From positions 1,922,001-1,986,000 of the forward strand of contig OZ210885.1 in NCBI GenBank assembly GCA_964658305.1: a stretch of DNA of 64,000 bases. The letters are read 5' to 3'. Below, piece after piece: positions 26,789 through 41,089 of the stretch; the first letter of the stretch is position 1; every line of letters begins with the position of its first letter. This DNA comes from Leptogorgia sarmentosa. Taxonomy: Eukaryota. Both the position numbers and the translations under genes were made by a program. The notes beneath the pieces were generated by a model. That model was not told where the DNA came from. It saw only the letters and a list, made by a program, of their open reading frames with translations, and searched no databases.

Positions 26789-29700
26789 CTACCATATTGG
26801 AAAGCCGATCACTTTAGAGATAATGCTTGGGCCCTTCCCTTCTCCGTTTTGAACCTGAGTATTTTAAAGATAAATTCGGTTACTAATAAGTCATTTGAAT
26901 ATACATAAATTAGGAGATGCAATCCAAATATAGATACAATATCATTGTCCTTTCTTTGGGGCACAGACGTTATGCATTGTGAACATGGGTGATTTAACAT
27001 TACGAAAATAAAAAATTCAAGCGTTCTGTCAGTTTTTTAATTGTTTTTTCTCTGGCTCTGTAACCAAATTTCACCATTTTCGGCAAGTTGTCGTTTCGGC
27101 GAAAAGTCCGTTCGACAAAATGGTCGTTCGACAAAATGGTCGTTCGACAAAATGGTCGTTCGACAAAATGGTCGTTCGACAAAATGGTCATTCGACAAAG
27201 TGTCCGTCGGCAAAGTGTCTTTCGGCAAAATGTCCGCTGACCAAGTTCCTGAGCCGAGCCCACAGAATTCAAGAAAATTGACAACAATGACATTCCGTGT
27301 CCATGAAACTACATGTTTATTGTATTAATGACTGCCTAAATTGAGGCTATACTCCACTGTATAATTGTTCACCTTACCTGGGTTATAAAGTTAGGAGCTC
27401 CGGGTCCTGACCATCCAATTAGTGCGTACGAACTACGGTAAATTCGTCTCAGAGGGTTTTGAGCTCCAACCATCTCTAATGCTTCGTAACCTGGGTCAGT
27501 CATGTCACGGCTACCATCATCTTGAATGGCAATCAACACTAGTAATCTAATTTAGTGTGAAAAATTTATCGTCAGGTAGCAATGAAAATGTAAGGCATAC
27601 AATGCACGTACGTGGTATAACTCGCCTTACTTTCAACAAGAAGTGCCGTTTCGAGTGTTAGGCTGGGACGAGGATAGTAATTTTACACCCACCAAAATGA
27701 AACCCAAGGCAAGCTGAAAGTTCTGTGATGAGTGGGCCACCGCCTGACCTCAAAAACACTGGACTATCAACTAGCGATTACTGATTGGCTAAATCGTCGA
27801 TAACACGACGACAGCCAACGACAAAAAACGAAATATCACGTTGAACGGTTGTTTAGTACTTTTTGTACGTTGTTTTAATTTAAACTTTCTGCAAAACGAG
27901 TCAAAATCATAAAGAAGCGATGGAATGTTAAAGTTGAATTTTTTAATTGTAATGATTTTAATGAAAATCCCAAATAATTTAATTAAATTAAATTATTTTG
28001 AATTAAATTAGATTAAATTCCAATTGCCGTAAATAATCCATAAATACTATGTTCCTAGAATTAATATAATTATCAGTGATTAAGGCCGTAATGTGGATGA
28101 TTGTATTTCGCGTCGAATCAAATGCTCCAACTTCTTCATGTCATATATTTATATAAAATAAATCACCCAACATGTACCATTTCTTTTCGTTACCTTTTTT
28201 CCAAAGATTTTAAGAACTCGATCATTGGATGCACGTTGGCATTTTGAAAAGTGTCGAACGATGCACTTTGTTGAACAATTCCTGCAAAAAATAAAGTAAT
28301 TAGCATTTAATAGCACCTTGCGTTGGCGCTAATAACTACTGAGGTTTTAACCTGTCTGTAAATTTACAGTTGGCAGGGGAAAGAATGAAATTAAAGAACA
28401 AATCCAGTAGTAAACACATGCATCTGTAATTCTCGAGTAGTTCGCACTCCCAAAGTTTACTTCCAGACCTACTCAAGGCATGCGAGATCGCCTAAGATCG
28501 CCTGAGATCGCCTGAAATCGCCTAAAATTGCTCAAGATTGCCTATGATCGACATATATTACATACAAAGAAATAAGCATTCTGGACTTAATAGGGTGTCT
28601 TAATTGAGAGAATCTGAATTTTATAATCCCAAATAAACCTTACATAAAAATTATCACCCAATATTGCCTAAGATCGTCCAAGATTGCCTAGGATCGCCTA
28701 AGATCGCCCAAGATCGCATAAGAACGCTCAAGATCGCCTTGAATTTGGCATTTTCCCCCCTAATATCGCCTAATATCGCAATTAATCGCGGCGATCTTGG
28801 ACCCTGAGTAGGCCTACTTCCCTATAGCTATATTGCTGTGTATGCGACTTATCGGAAAGAAGGCAGATGAAAACACCTACCAAATTCAAGTTGATTCAAA
28901 CATTTACATCATCGTACCAAGTAGGCCTGATAACACGAGGGTAATATACAAAATAATGTATTCTACCTGTTGAAGCGTTGATGGTCACAAAGTTGTAACC
29001 ACGATGATGTGGGGAGTAGTCTGTTCCGTTAACCTTGATAATTCCAAGTCCGAATTGACTTGAACGATTCTGATCTGCGTAAGCTTCACTCCTAATGTGA
29101 ATATTCAAGTATCCCACAAAATGCATATTACCAGTGTGATCTAAATAACCTATAATCACGAGAATAATGATATAAATCATCCAATGGAACTGTTCGAAAT
29201 GTCTCTTTTAATATGTTTTCATTTATTATTGTATTATTTCCCATCCGTTCATTTTCATATAAAAGTTACTCTCAGAATACACCAACGCTATATGGCGCTA
29301 TCATTGATAAATCAAAACAAAAAAATCCTCGTATCGACTTCTAGCTCAAAGAAAAATTTAGACAGCAACCAATTTGCATAGGATTTTTTTGGAGGGGGCA
29401 GAGGATTGTTTAAGGCAGAGGTGAGAGGACATCGGCCTTTCTACAAATAACGACATCTCGATCGCTATTTTTGCATTGGAAGAAGACTGCAATGGTGTTT
29501 TATCATGTTTTTCAGCTAAAAAGGGCGTGATAATCTGGGTTTTTTCAGACAACTGTTTTCACTTAAAATAGCGCGGGCACCGACAGATGTCTAAAATGAC
29601 TTGTAGGCTTTTAGCCAATGAAAAACCGAGAACGTACATAGTACCATGAATATTATAATTAACAAACATGTAAGTTCCTTTATTATCGTATAATATATAA

Positions 29701-31628
29701 TTGCCTTTTGACGAAGTACAAAAGTACAATTTAGAACAAAGGTCTGGCCAACTTTTTGACAGTTATGAATGTGTAAAACCCTGCTTCGTCATCAGTAAAA
29801 CAAATTCAATGCCCCATTAATCATTGATAGGATTGCTTAAAACATACTTTTATTATTGTCTTTTGATGCATTTGACAAGCAGCTTGTATTATATTCCTGG
29901 AACAAATATAAAACGTTCGTTAAAATTTGTTTAATTGTGTTGTTACGTAAATAGTTCTACAGTGCCTGGAATGTGATTTGGTTGCTTTGATGAAAAAGAC
30001 AGCGATGAATTTACGTTGTTTTGACAGGATGGGCGAGCAAGGAGAAGGCCTACTCCAGGGTGTAAGATCGCCTAAAATCGTCTAAGATCGCCTAAAATCG
30101 CCTAAGAGCGCCTGATAACGCCTAAAATTGCTCAATATTGCCTACGATCGACATAATATTACATACAAAGAAATAAGCATTATGGACTTAATTAATAGGG
30201 TGTCTAAATTAAGAGAAGATCCCTCGCCTAAGATCCCCCAAGATTGCCTAAGATTGCCCAAGATTCCCTAAGATCGCCTAAGATCGCCCAAGATCGCATA
30301 AGAACGCCCAATTAATCGCGGCGATCTTGGACCCTAGAGTGGGCCTAGGAGATACCTGAATTTCATGCATGGCCTAGTTGCATGTATATTTTTATGCCGT
30401 ATCTACTCGTAGAAGAAAAAACATAGAAGGTTTGTCGACACAATTATTGTGTATTATTATTTCGTTTTAAAAATGAAGTTGAAATCTACGGATTCTTAAA
30501 TGATGAACATGGAGCAGATAATTGACTTTCATAACCAACTTGGCTTTTGAAGTCACTTGAATAGAACTAGCTAGATAAAATCAATTCGAGATAGAGAGCA
30601 ACCATGGCCATTATTTTTTAGACATAACATTGCAATCAAGCAAGCAAAATAAAAAACAAATGATGAGGAAGTTTAATATTTGAAAGTTCTATTAATCAGA
30701 TAAACTAACTGTTTGTTGGCATATCCCCATGATTAATATTGGAGGTAAATAATTGTACTGCACTAGTCTTAACCAATCGTAGTGTTTACAATTGTTAAGT
30801 TCTCTTGAGAGAATTTGTCAGCCCCTCTGGGTCTACAACAATGATGCAATACAATTCCATTAATAATATTATTATGCGACTGTTTACCTTTGAAGGGAAA
30901 ACGAGGTAAACATAATCATAAGATGAGTTTTTTTCCAACAACTCCTGGGTTGTATTGTAGACAACGTTATGCAACATTTCACAATTTGATTCATTCTGTG
31001 AAACCAAAGCCGTTTGGTAGTTGATTGATCTACAACATCCCTCCATAGCACACTCCATCACACAGTCTATCCTTTGTGACACTTGTATTGCCTTGAACAC
31101 TGTCGTATTGAGTCTGGCGCCTGCAATGAGCAGAGTGAATTATTTTATTTTAAATAAAACTTCTGGAAATTCGTGGGAAATTTCTGAAAAGGCACTACGT
31201 TATTTAGATCTACGTTTGTAAGAAAATATAGCTAAAATAATTATTAATATAGAAACTATGAAAAACAGCACCAAACAGGCTCAACCTTTCTTCAGATCTT
31301 CTTCAAATTGATGTACAATTTGTGTTTTTCAAATTGCAAAAACATGGCCTCCAATATAGTCGCAACTGACACCCATTATTATCGCGGCTACTATTCCTCC
31401 TTGGCATGTGCAGTATAGTTGCAAATCTTTTGCCGGGATCAAACAAATTCCTACATATTCGACAGGGCAATTTCAGTATACAGCATCGTAAATTTTATCT
31501 TATATACCTGACCTACCTTCAAGACTTGAATTAAAACAAATTCTTGACGAGTCGATGGTTTGACTCAGACCAATACCGCAAAAATACATTGCCGTCAAAG
31601 TGTGAAGTGAATTGAATACCAAATACAT
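26789..31628 (-). CDS. Gene 3: leader + PAN/apple-like (type A) + ILEI/GG-type lectin domain protein (7 exons)
   Basis: Exons 31628-31517, 31120-30888, 29896-29848, 29149 (or 29140)-28967, 28281-28194, 27546-27378 and 26854-26789. Phases match the paralogs. The usual acceptor of exon 4 reads GG, but upstream AGs are in frame. Confidence 0.75.
27095..27235. repeat. 16-bp minisatellite (cgacaaaatggtcgtt)n, probably inside a small MITE
   Basis: About 5 near-perfect units plus several degenerate units in the last coding intron of gene 3. Confidence 0.9.
28465..28815. mobile_element. MITE with AG..CT termini, 6-bp TSD and internal (aagatcgcct)n repeats, copy 1
   Basis: Termini agacctactc / gagtaggcct. 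TSD acttcc at 28459-28464 and 28816-28821. Confidence 0.8.
30046..30346. mobile_element. MITE with AG..CT termini, 6-bp TSD and internal (aagatcgcct)n repeats, copy 2
   Basis: Termini aggcctactc / gagtgggcct. TSD aggaga at 30040-30045 and 30347-30352. Confidence 0.8.
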
Positions 31629-32577
31629 TGTTGTCTATACTGGCAATTTACTGTCGATTTCTCTACAATGAAAAGGTATTACGTAATGGTAATTTTTATT
31701 AGCTAATTTGCGAAAGTAAACAATTGGTGCCCTCCCGAAAACAAAATGGTGAGTTCGAAATTGCAAGTTTATAAATGTTATTTCAAGTTTAATTTTAAAG
31801 ACTACAGAATCCAAGAGAGACGAAAAATACACAGCAGGCAAAAAAAAAATGCTGTGGAAATCCCCCATGGGCAAGATTTTAAAATTGAAATTGCTGATTT
31901 GTATCTGTTTTATTTTCGTGCTTTATAACAGACACTTAATTCTGTTCTGTCAGGAAATGGCTTTCTTTTCTCTCGAAACTCAATGTTTCCAGAGACGAAG
32001 CCGAGCCGATGCGAGCAGAGATTTTAAGTGTAGCTATAATGTAATTATAATGTTTTGATTTACTATACAGTAGAACATATGCAGATTAAAGTTTCTTTTT
32101 ACATCTTTTTCAATACCATAAATGCAATGGATATTTTTTAAAATAAAATATAGACTAATGGGATACATATTAAATATAAGGGGGACAATTTGATGAAATG
32201 TCAGACTATACATTAATGGTTTCCTTTACTCCGGCATAGCCGTGCGGAATTCCCACTTCGATTTCGTCCCGTCTATCAGTTTTTTAGTAAAGTTTCGTTA
32301 CTATGTTTCGAAAATTGTATATTATATTTATACCAAATAAAAAAATTAGACATTTGAGTTATGTTTTACTTGATCACTGCTAACATGATCGATCTTTATG
32401 TATTTATATATATTTGAAATGGCCATTTTGGGAGCGACAGTATACATTATATATTATTTAAGATGTATAAATTAAAAGCGTAAAAATTATTGCGAGATAA
32501 CCTTGTTAATAAAGATATAAAGTTCAGATGCAGGTTACAAGCGCTAGCACGCAAATGTATTATTTTCATAGGGAAAT

Positions 32578-33047
32578 CAGTGACGTAGCCAGAACGATAA
32601 TTTGGGGGGGGGCATATTCATATATTCGTCATTACATACAATTGATTTCAGACGCAATATCATTGTAGTCAATTTCCTGAACGCTGATTGGCGGCTAAAA
32701 AGCTTCAACAACTGTGCGACTTAAACAATAATTACACAGGGGTGTAATTAATTTTTCAAATATACCACGGTTTCGAGCCCGCGAGATGCGAGCGGTAAAT
32801 TTAAAAACAAGTAAAACTACATTGTTTCTTGTATAAATTTACGATGGATTTTGATTTGTTTGATATTAAAAGGAAATTACACTTGTTCCCGAAGTATTAA
32901 TGAAAAATTGCACTTGTGCAAACACGCGTGCAATTTTTCATTAATACTTCTCACAAAACATGTAATTTCTTCTTATACAAATTAATAACGCTGAATATGA
33001 ATATATGAATATGGGCCCCCGCAATTATCGTTGTGGCTATGTCACTG
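32578..33047. mobile_element. hAT-like MITE with a nested hairpin element
   Basis: TIRs cagtgacgtagcca..gataatt / aattatc..tggctatgtcactg. Near-perfect 8-bp TSD agggaaat / tgggaaat. Confidence 0.7.
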
Positions 33048-36000
33048 TGGGAAATATTTGCAACAGATAAACATTATATAGTCACAATTTTGCACGTAAT
33101 TATTTAACAAATAGTCACAGTCATTCAAGAAATTTCTCTCCAAAGATCGGTCCATACGCTTACAACGACTGATCGGATTTTGTGAATTTGCATGGGTAAG
33201 ACTGAAGCCTTAATGGCCTGTTCATAAATTATCATAGCCATATATACTGCCATAGGTTTTTGCTTTCGGGACGTTTTTAACCATTTTCCGATAACGAAAG
33301 GAAGAGTCATTTGAGAGCGAAAAAATTCTCTGGTTTTCTAGATACTGATGTTTCTCTCAGCTTTGTGAATTGCGAGGCGCTGATGCGCTGATGCGAGTAC
33401 ACGTGTTATTTATATAATATATGTCCAGCCTGAAAATCGGCACAAAAATCGCTGTATATATAATGCAAAGGGAATTTAAAAAGTCCAGTTGAAAAATTTA
33501 ATGAACTTGAATTTTCCACTATAATGATACAAAATGTGACTAAAGTCTAAGATTACAAATGTACCTTAAATTAGTGATATATGCATGGGGATGGCATTAT
33601 ATTGAAGAGAATTAACAGCTTCTCGTCTACTTTTTTTGCGCTTCATGTTCAACTCTAACAACTCAGTATTGATAATATACTATTATATTAATAAATATCA
33701 ATAAAATGTTCCACACAACGATTACATAGTTTTGACAAATTGTTTCAAGCCTTTTTAAGTGTCACACGAATATATAGCAAATCAATTAATTTTGCTTTAC
33801 AAAGCTGAAAGAGCCATAAACTGTTTATCCGTTGGCATCCTTATTCTCTTAGAAAGTAACCATAATGTAGGGAATTATAATACAAGACAGGTTTTCTAAT
33901 ATAGTACTTACCAAAGACAAACTAGCTTTTGTGCCGTTCCAATAACAAAATACGTTATTCATTACAATATATTCATGCAGAGTATTATGTACATGCATGT
34001 AAATAATTAAGAATGTGCAAAATTATTGCTCCTAACAAAACTTAATCATGAAATGGATTCTATAATGCAGATTATTTCCAACACCGTCGACGAAAGGATT
34101 TAGTTCTTGCAGCATATTTGAGGAAACCCGTTAACACTTTATTCATATCAAAGAATTATTAAGTATAATCTTTGTCAATTTTATTGGGCAGGCGTTCACC
34201 TGAGCAGTGGCGTAACGGAGGGGTGTCAGGGTGTCTAGTGACAGGGGGCCCCCGAACTTTAGGGGCTCCCGACAAAATGAACATAAAAAATTGATAGCAC
34301 ATTTCTGGGGAATTCAAATACGAAAAACCGACAGATATGCAGGTGCCGGTGGAGTTGCCTATTAATTGGGACTTATGGTGTATCCTTTACCTGCATGTTC
34401 TTTGGAAGAGAGAAGCGAAATTCATTAAATTCAAATTCGGGTTCGAGTCTATTCTGTAACAAAGAATAGCAACAATTCTTGCGTTGTGTGTTTGCGTCTC
34501 AACAACAATCGAGAGCAGTAAGCGGAGGTTCTTTCAGTAGGATACGTTCTGAGTAATGACGGACGATCACACAATAGTTTCAAACATTATATTCTTTAAT
34601 TACATAGTAGCTCTCATTACGCGAGCCCGTTAAACTATACAAATCATAAAACATTATAAACGTGTAGGTGTGTTCAGAGTGCGAGTGTAATCTTAAACCT
34701 TAGCGAATTGTTCTGACCAATAAACCGCGAGTATAGGTGTGAATGTTACTGATTGTGCGTAAATATGACGTGTACATGTATGTGTCCGATTTATGTTGTT
34801 AAGGTGCGAAAGTCTAGTATCTGAACAGAACAGTGCCTAATCCAATAAGTGTTCTGTCGCTATTTCACGACAAATAGTTACAGCGAAACCAATCATCGTT
34901 GTCGCTCGGCAGCGAAACCAACAGCTTTGTTTGCCTAAAGAAAATGACATCCATAACTATAAGCTTACAGATCTCGGGAACAGGGTTATCGAGGCATGCA
35001 TTAACCGAACAAACATCCAAAACGTAATGTCACAAAATATTACTCATGCAAGTCGATGACACTTCATCTTTATCTAGTGCTGCTTTCGTATTATTGAACG
35101 TCATTGGCCGGAAATGAAAATATGAAAGGGCCATGACTAACTTCCGGACAACAATAGTATGGAGGACAATCTGAAATATGATTGGCTGATGAGTAAGATT
35201 TTTTTTCGTAGATCATTTCATATAATTATTACTTGGCCCGCTGCGAAATCGTGAAATATATCTTAATTTTTGGGCCTAGTGAATGTATGTATTATTTATA
35301 AAATGTGCATGCTTATGAAATAATATATAAGCATAACATTAGAATTAGTTTTGTCGGCATGCGAAGTTTACGCTGGAAATCTGTTGACAAGCATATTTTA
35401 TTGCTAATTTAAAAAGAAATTAAATTAGCCATAGCGTTAACGAGCTCAAAGGATCTGAAATGGCCCGAATATTGGCTTAAAATGGGTTTTATTTCAAATA
35501 CGATATTTATGTGTAAAATAAAACTTTATGTGTAAGTTAAAACAATTCAGAACTGTTTATGCGAATATTAATGTTCAACGACATTAGTGTGACAAATATT
35601 CTGCATTAAAAAATTGGCGATAAAAATCAGGTTGAAACTGATATTTTTGCCATCATTTCTTCGTGTTTGAAAAATATACCCGAAAAATTTGAATTGCCGT
35701 GTTGAATTGTTATTATAACAATGTGAATTTACTTCATGTTGCTAGAATATAGTTGCACTGAGTTGAATGTAGTCTTGGTAAGTTAGTAATTAGTAAAGCG
35801 AGCGAGGGGTTGCTGCATGTATGTATTTCTAATTCTACATCATATGTGCCCACATGCAAAAAACAAAAAACATCGTACACAGAACCGCTTTGCGACGTTC
35901 AGAGGGATTTTTTCACTTTTTTATACACTCTGCATAATACGATAAAATTGTTGGGGATTGACTAACATTTCAAACCAAGCAGTGCAAGGAAGTGATATAA

Positions 36001-36223
36001 ACAGGAATCACTGTTGTTCAGTCTCATTCTTAAACAAATTAGTATTTTTAATTATTTCTCGGTCATATAATTCAAGCAGCAAAATCCTGTATTACAGTAA
36101 GTAATTTTATTACACAATCTATAAACATAGAGGACAGTATATCAGCTTATACGAAATATGACGATTGCATTAATTCGGATGCATCTTCTTAGATTTATAT
36201 TTTAACGACTTACCTCATTTTGA

Positions 36224-39200
36224 CTATTCTATTGGAAAGCCGATCACTTTCGAAATAATGCTTGGGCCCTTCCCATGTCCGTTTTGAACCTAAGTATTTT
36301 AAATTAAAAATAAATTCGGTTACAGAAAATCAAGTCATTTTAATATTAAATTAAGTTTACTGGATAGCATACATGAAGTATCCTGAAAAACAAATCCAAG
36401 AAACGTACCAGAAATACATACACAGCAATGAAAAAAATTCTTAATTTAAACTGTGAACAGATTGAATGCGGCTGAGCCGGCAATTACTTTACACGCGTGT
36501 GTCAATAGCGGTGCGTATTTATTACACTCTCCCCAGGCTAACGCCCGGACGACCGTGGCTCGATTTGAATTGCTCTTAGTTCTATATGGTAATTATTTAA
36601 AATTTATGTTTTAAAGCTTAAAATTTTCAATTATTGGCTATAACATCCACCGCAGAGATATGAACTAGCTCACCTGGGTTATAAAGTTAGGCGCTCCGGG
36701 TCCTGACCATCCAAGTAGTGCGTACGAACCACGGTAATTCCCTCTCAGAGGGTTTTGAGCTCCAACTTTCTCTAATGCTTGGTAAGCTGCGTCGGTCATT
36801 CCCGAGCTACCATCATCTTGGACGGCAATCAACACTAGTAGTCTAAATTAGTGTGAAAAAATTATCTTCACGTATCGCGATATCGCGATGTTGCTTGACA
36901 ACAGTATGACAAAATTATTGTTATACAGTATATCATCTCAAAACGATTTTTCACTAGTTCAATTTGAAAAAAAGCGCTATAAATTTCTTAAAAAACGAAT
37001 CAAAATGATCAAAAAGGCATGGATAACTTTTGTGCATTATAACCGGCCTAACATATACTACTTTTTTTCATTACCTTTTCTCCAATGAATTTAGGAAATT
37101 GGTTAGATTAGCGTCATCTTTGTGTGTGTCAAACGATTTATTCTGCTGAACAATCCCTGCAAAAAAGCCGATTGACATTCAGTAGCCTGCGCATCATCCA
37201 TTTGGCTGTTAACAACGGCACTTTAACCTGTCGCTATGCGCATTATTTAAATTTCCACATGGTTAATTTTTTTTATAATACAGCTGGCAGGATGCATCAA
37301 CAGTTAATTGAAAAAACACATCCAGATATAGATCTCCGTATTAGAACTGTCGAAGGTCACCTCCAAACATTTTCAATAGTTGTTATTATTTAAAAATTAA
37401 TCCGAATTATATATATGTGGATGCGGTAAATCAAAACACCTACCGGGTTTACTCCAACATTTATAATTACATCATCGTATCAAAGTAGTCTATGATATAA
37501 GACGTAAAAATTGGGCATGATCTTGCACAATAAATTGTTTAATTGTGAAAAAACAATTTTCATGGGTGTATATTTCAATTGATGCAAGCAAAAAACTGAT
37601 ATTTCGTATCAAGTGAAATTTATAAAAGTTGCATAATTTGCGGTAAGGTTGGACAGAATTCCGCCCAAGTCGGGTGGCATGAGTGATAATTACCAAAACT
37701 TCATGTAGTGTAAAGCCCCATTTCACGTTACCGGATTACTGTAGGAGCTACGTTATTAAACAAAAACTGTAAATACAAAAATGTTTCAAGAACAGAAACT
37801 TTAAGACAGGGAATTAAGCCTCCTAAATTGATGTCACTCCAATGCGAATCGTGTAACTGAGGTCCGACTAAAACTATTATCTGGAGTAATAAAATTATAC
37901 TGACCGGCAGAAAAATCGTTAAAAAGTCAATGGGTGCATAGCAATTACAACAATTTCATTAAATAATTGAGTGACTATGTTTGGACAATTCAGAGATCAG
38001 TTTCATGACGCAGTGCTATACTTCGCATGTGCCAAACTTAATTCAAGAAACGGCAAAATTGCGAGGAATGAATTATATATACAGTGACGAAGCCAGCTCG
38101 ACATTTGGTCATGCAAATGCAAATTTAAATCATTATGTTATTCATTTCTTTAGAAATTGATTCCTTATATATACGGTCTATAAACACAGAAAAATTGGCA
38201 TTTGCAAGTCCAAATGTCGGGCTGTCTTCGCCACTGATTATGATAGCATGTCGCATAATGCAATTTTTGCGGTACCTGGTTTAGACGGATAACTTGACAT
38301 GCATACGAATCCGAATATATTGTAAGAATAGTGAAAAAAATATTGTTTTTTACAACAACTCGGAAAAAACACTGGCGTATGGACAACTTCTAAACCCATG
38401 CGTATTTTGATGCAATCGAAGAAATGATTAGCTGCACAATGTTGCAAAAAATACAAAATAATTTATTCTACCTGTTAAAGCGTTGATGGTGACCACGTTG
38501 TGACCACGGCCATGTCGAGAGTAGTCTGTTCCGTTCACCTGGATAATTCCAAGACCCAATTCACTTGAGCGACCCGGATCTTCGTAACCTTCGCTCCTGA
38601 TGTGAATATTCAGGTATTCTGCAAAATGGATACTTCTAGTGAGATTTAAATAAGTTATTTCAAGAATAATGATATAAATCATCCAATAGGACTTTTTCCA
38701 TTTGTTTGAAATGTCTCTGCATGACGGTAATATGTTTTCATTTAGTATTAAATTCTTAATTTTTCCTTAACGCAAGTTTCTAAGCTTATTTCATATAGCT
38801 AGAAATTATTCTTAGAAAGCTCACACGCACGGTACGGAGTTATCAATTCCTAAATCAGAATCGAAAATTCCTTATGTTAATGACGACGACCAACTGTCGT
38901 GAAAACAACTGGAAAGATGGCTGAAATAACTTAAAATAGGTGAAAAATTCCCTGGCTTCCATTGAAATTCCATTTCACAGGAAGCACCGCTGAAATATCT
39001 CGGGCGCCGTCAAAAACAACTGAAGATTACTGTTTCCCCCTGGAAACAGCGCGGGTAATGACAATATCTAAAATTACTCGTAGCCAATGAAAAACCAAGA
39101 ACGTGGCGTACAATGAATAATAATAACGATAGGTAATAATTTAGTGAGCATGTACGTATAACATTGCTGATGTCACGTATATTCCCAAACACGTACAGCC

Positions 39201-41089
39201 CGAACAGTCGAGGCCAGTAAGTTTCTTTATTATTGTATAATGTGGTGATATCATTTTGACGGGAATAAGAAAATAATGGCCATGTGGGAGCAAAGTACAT
39301 ATTGAAGCAAAATTCTGAACAACTTTTTGACATTTTTGTATGTGTAAAACCCTGTACGTCATCAGCAAATAAAATTCTATTTTCAAAACATCCTTGGATG
39401 TAATAACGTGATTTTCTGCCTAAAACATACTTTTTTTAATTGTCTTTGATGCATTTGACAAGCAACTTGCATTGTATTCCTAGAGCAAAAATAGACTTTC
39501 GTTAAAAATTGCTAATTTTCAGAATTTTCAGTACAGTACGGTACGGTACGGTAAATAATAGTAAGTGCATTATTATGTAATTATTTTAAAAATGCCTGGA
39601 ATGTAATTTGGTTGATATTCTTATTCAACGGGCGGCGCGAGTCAAGAAAACTTGAATTTCATGGCCTAGCCATGTCTATCAACAAAATAATTATACGCAT
39701 CGGGCCCAGAGGTGTATCCAGAATTTTCAGCCAAGTGGGGGGGGGGGGGTTGGACGAGAGCGCACGAATAATCGAAAAGGAGGCACTCCAATCTCACATA
39801 AAACGTTTGTAATATGTAATTTTTGAATTTTACATTTTAACGGTGGATGTGATTGTAAATAGGGAACGGTGAGGGTGACGAGGTACCACCATGGTTTGAG
39901 CGAGAAAAATTTAAACATTAATATAACTCCTGGTTTGCCGGAAATGACCATTTCAGAGTCAATTCTTTCATGCTAAGTCTCTTAACCAAAACCTAAAAAA
40001 CCATATAAGGTCTGTCCACACAAATATGTCGTTTTTAGGCGCTGTCACATAAAAGGATAGATCCGCCAGTGCGATAGGGCATAAAAATCAAGTTTTTCAT
40101 TGCGTATTTTCTCGGCGAAATTTAAATTTTTGTCCCAAAATTTCACACATAGTGACAGTCGCAGTATTTACTAAAATACGATGAATTTGGTTTACACTTG
40201 TTGTTTCCATAAAAGAAAATTTGCCTAATTCAACCATATTGCCCCCCAAAAATGCCGGATTTAAGGTCGATCTGGTCGAATAGCGACAAAAAGACTAATT
40301 GTTGTGTTTGTAAATGCAACAGTTAAGTTTTTTGGATCTTCTCTCGAGGGATTTTGTCACCCCTTCTGGGTCTACAACAATGATGCAATACTATTCCATT
40401 AATAATGATATGTTTTTTACCTTCAAAGGGAAATCGAGGTAAACATGATCATAAGATGAATTTTTTTCCAACAACTCCTGGGTTGTATTGTAGACAACGT
40501 TATGCAACATTTCACAATTTGATTCATTCTGTGAAACCAAAGCCGTTTGGTAGTTGATTGATCTACAACATCCCTCCATAGCACACTTCATCACACAGTC
40601 TATCCTTTGTGGCACTTGTATTGCCTTCAAAACGGTCGTATTGAGTCTGGCGCCTGCAGTGAGCAGAGTGAATTATACTTTAAAAAACTTGAAACACCGA
40701 AAAAATTCTGCTACGCAACCGCGGTCGAAGCAAATTGCGATATCGTTTTTAATCTTCTTTAGATTTATGTAAAATTTGAGTTTTTCAAATTTCAAATGCA
40801 AAGAACCTGACACTAATTATCATCGCTGCCACCACTCCTCCTTTGCCTGTAAATTTTTGCAAATCTTTGGCCGGAATCATACAAATTCCTACAACGTGAG
40901 TGATATCCGACAAGGCAATTTTCATATAGATACAGCATCTCTTAAATTTTATCTTATACCTGACCTACCTTCAAGACTTGCATTAAAACAAATTCTCAAA
41001 GACTCGATTGTTTGACTCTGCAAAATTGCAATAGTGCAAAAATACATTGCCGTCAAAGTATGAAGTGAATTGAATACCAAATAATACAT
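36224..41089 (-). CDS. Gene 4: leader + PAN/apple-like (type A) + ILEI/GG-type lectin domain protein (7 exons, ~288 aa)
   Basis: Exons 41089-40969, 40653-40421, 39479-39431, 38618-38472, 37156-37075, 36842-36674 and 36289-36224. Total 867 nt, all GT-AG, open frame. Confidence 0.85.

Noticed and set aside
27000..27328. Overlapping ORFs and a CRISPR-like look of short repeats
   Set aside because: Contiguous 16-bp minisatellite without unique spacers, in a eukaryotic intron with no cas genes.
38082..38236. Small hAT-like MITE with cagtg..cactg TIRs
   Set aside because: TIRs are visible but there is no matching TSD, so it was not called with confidence.
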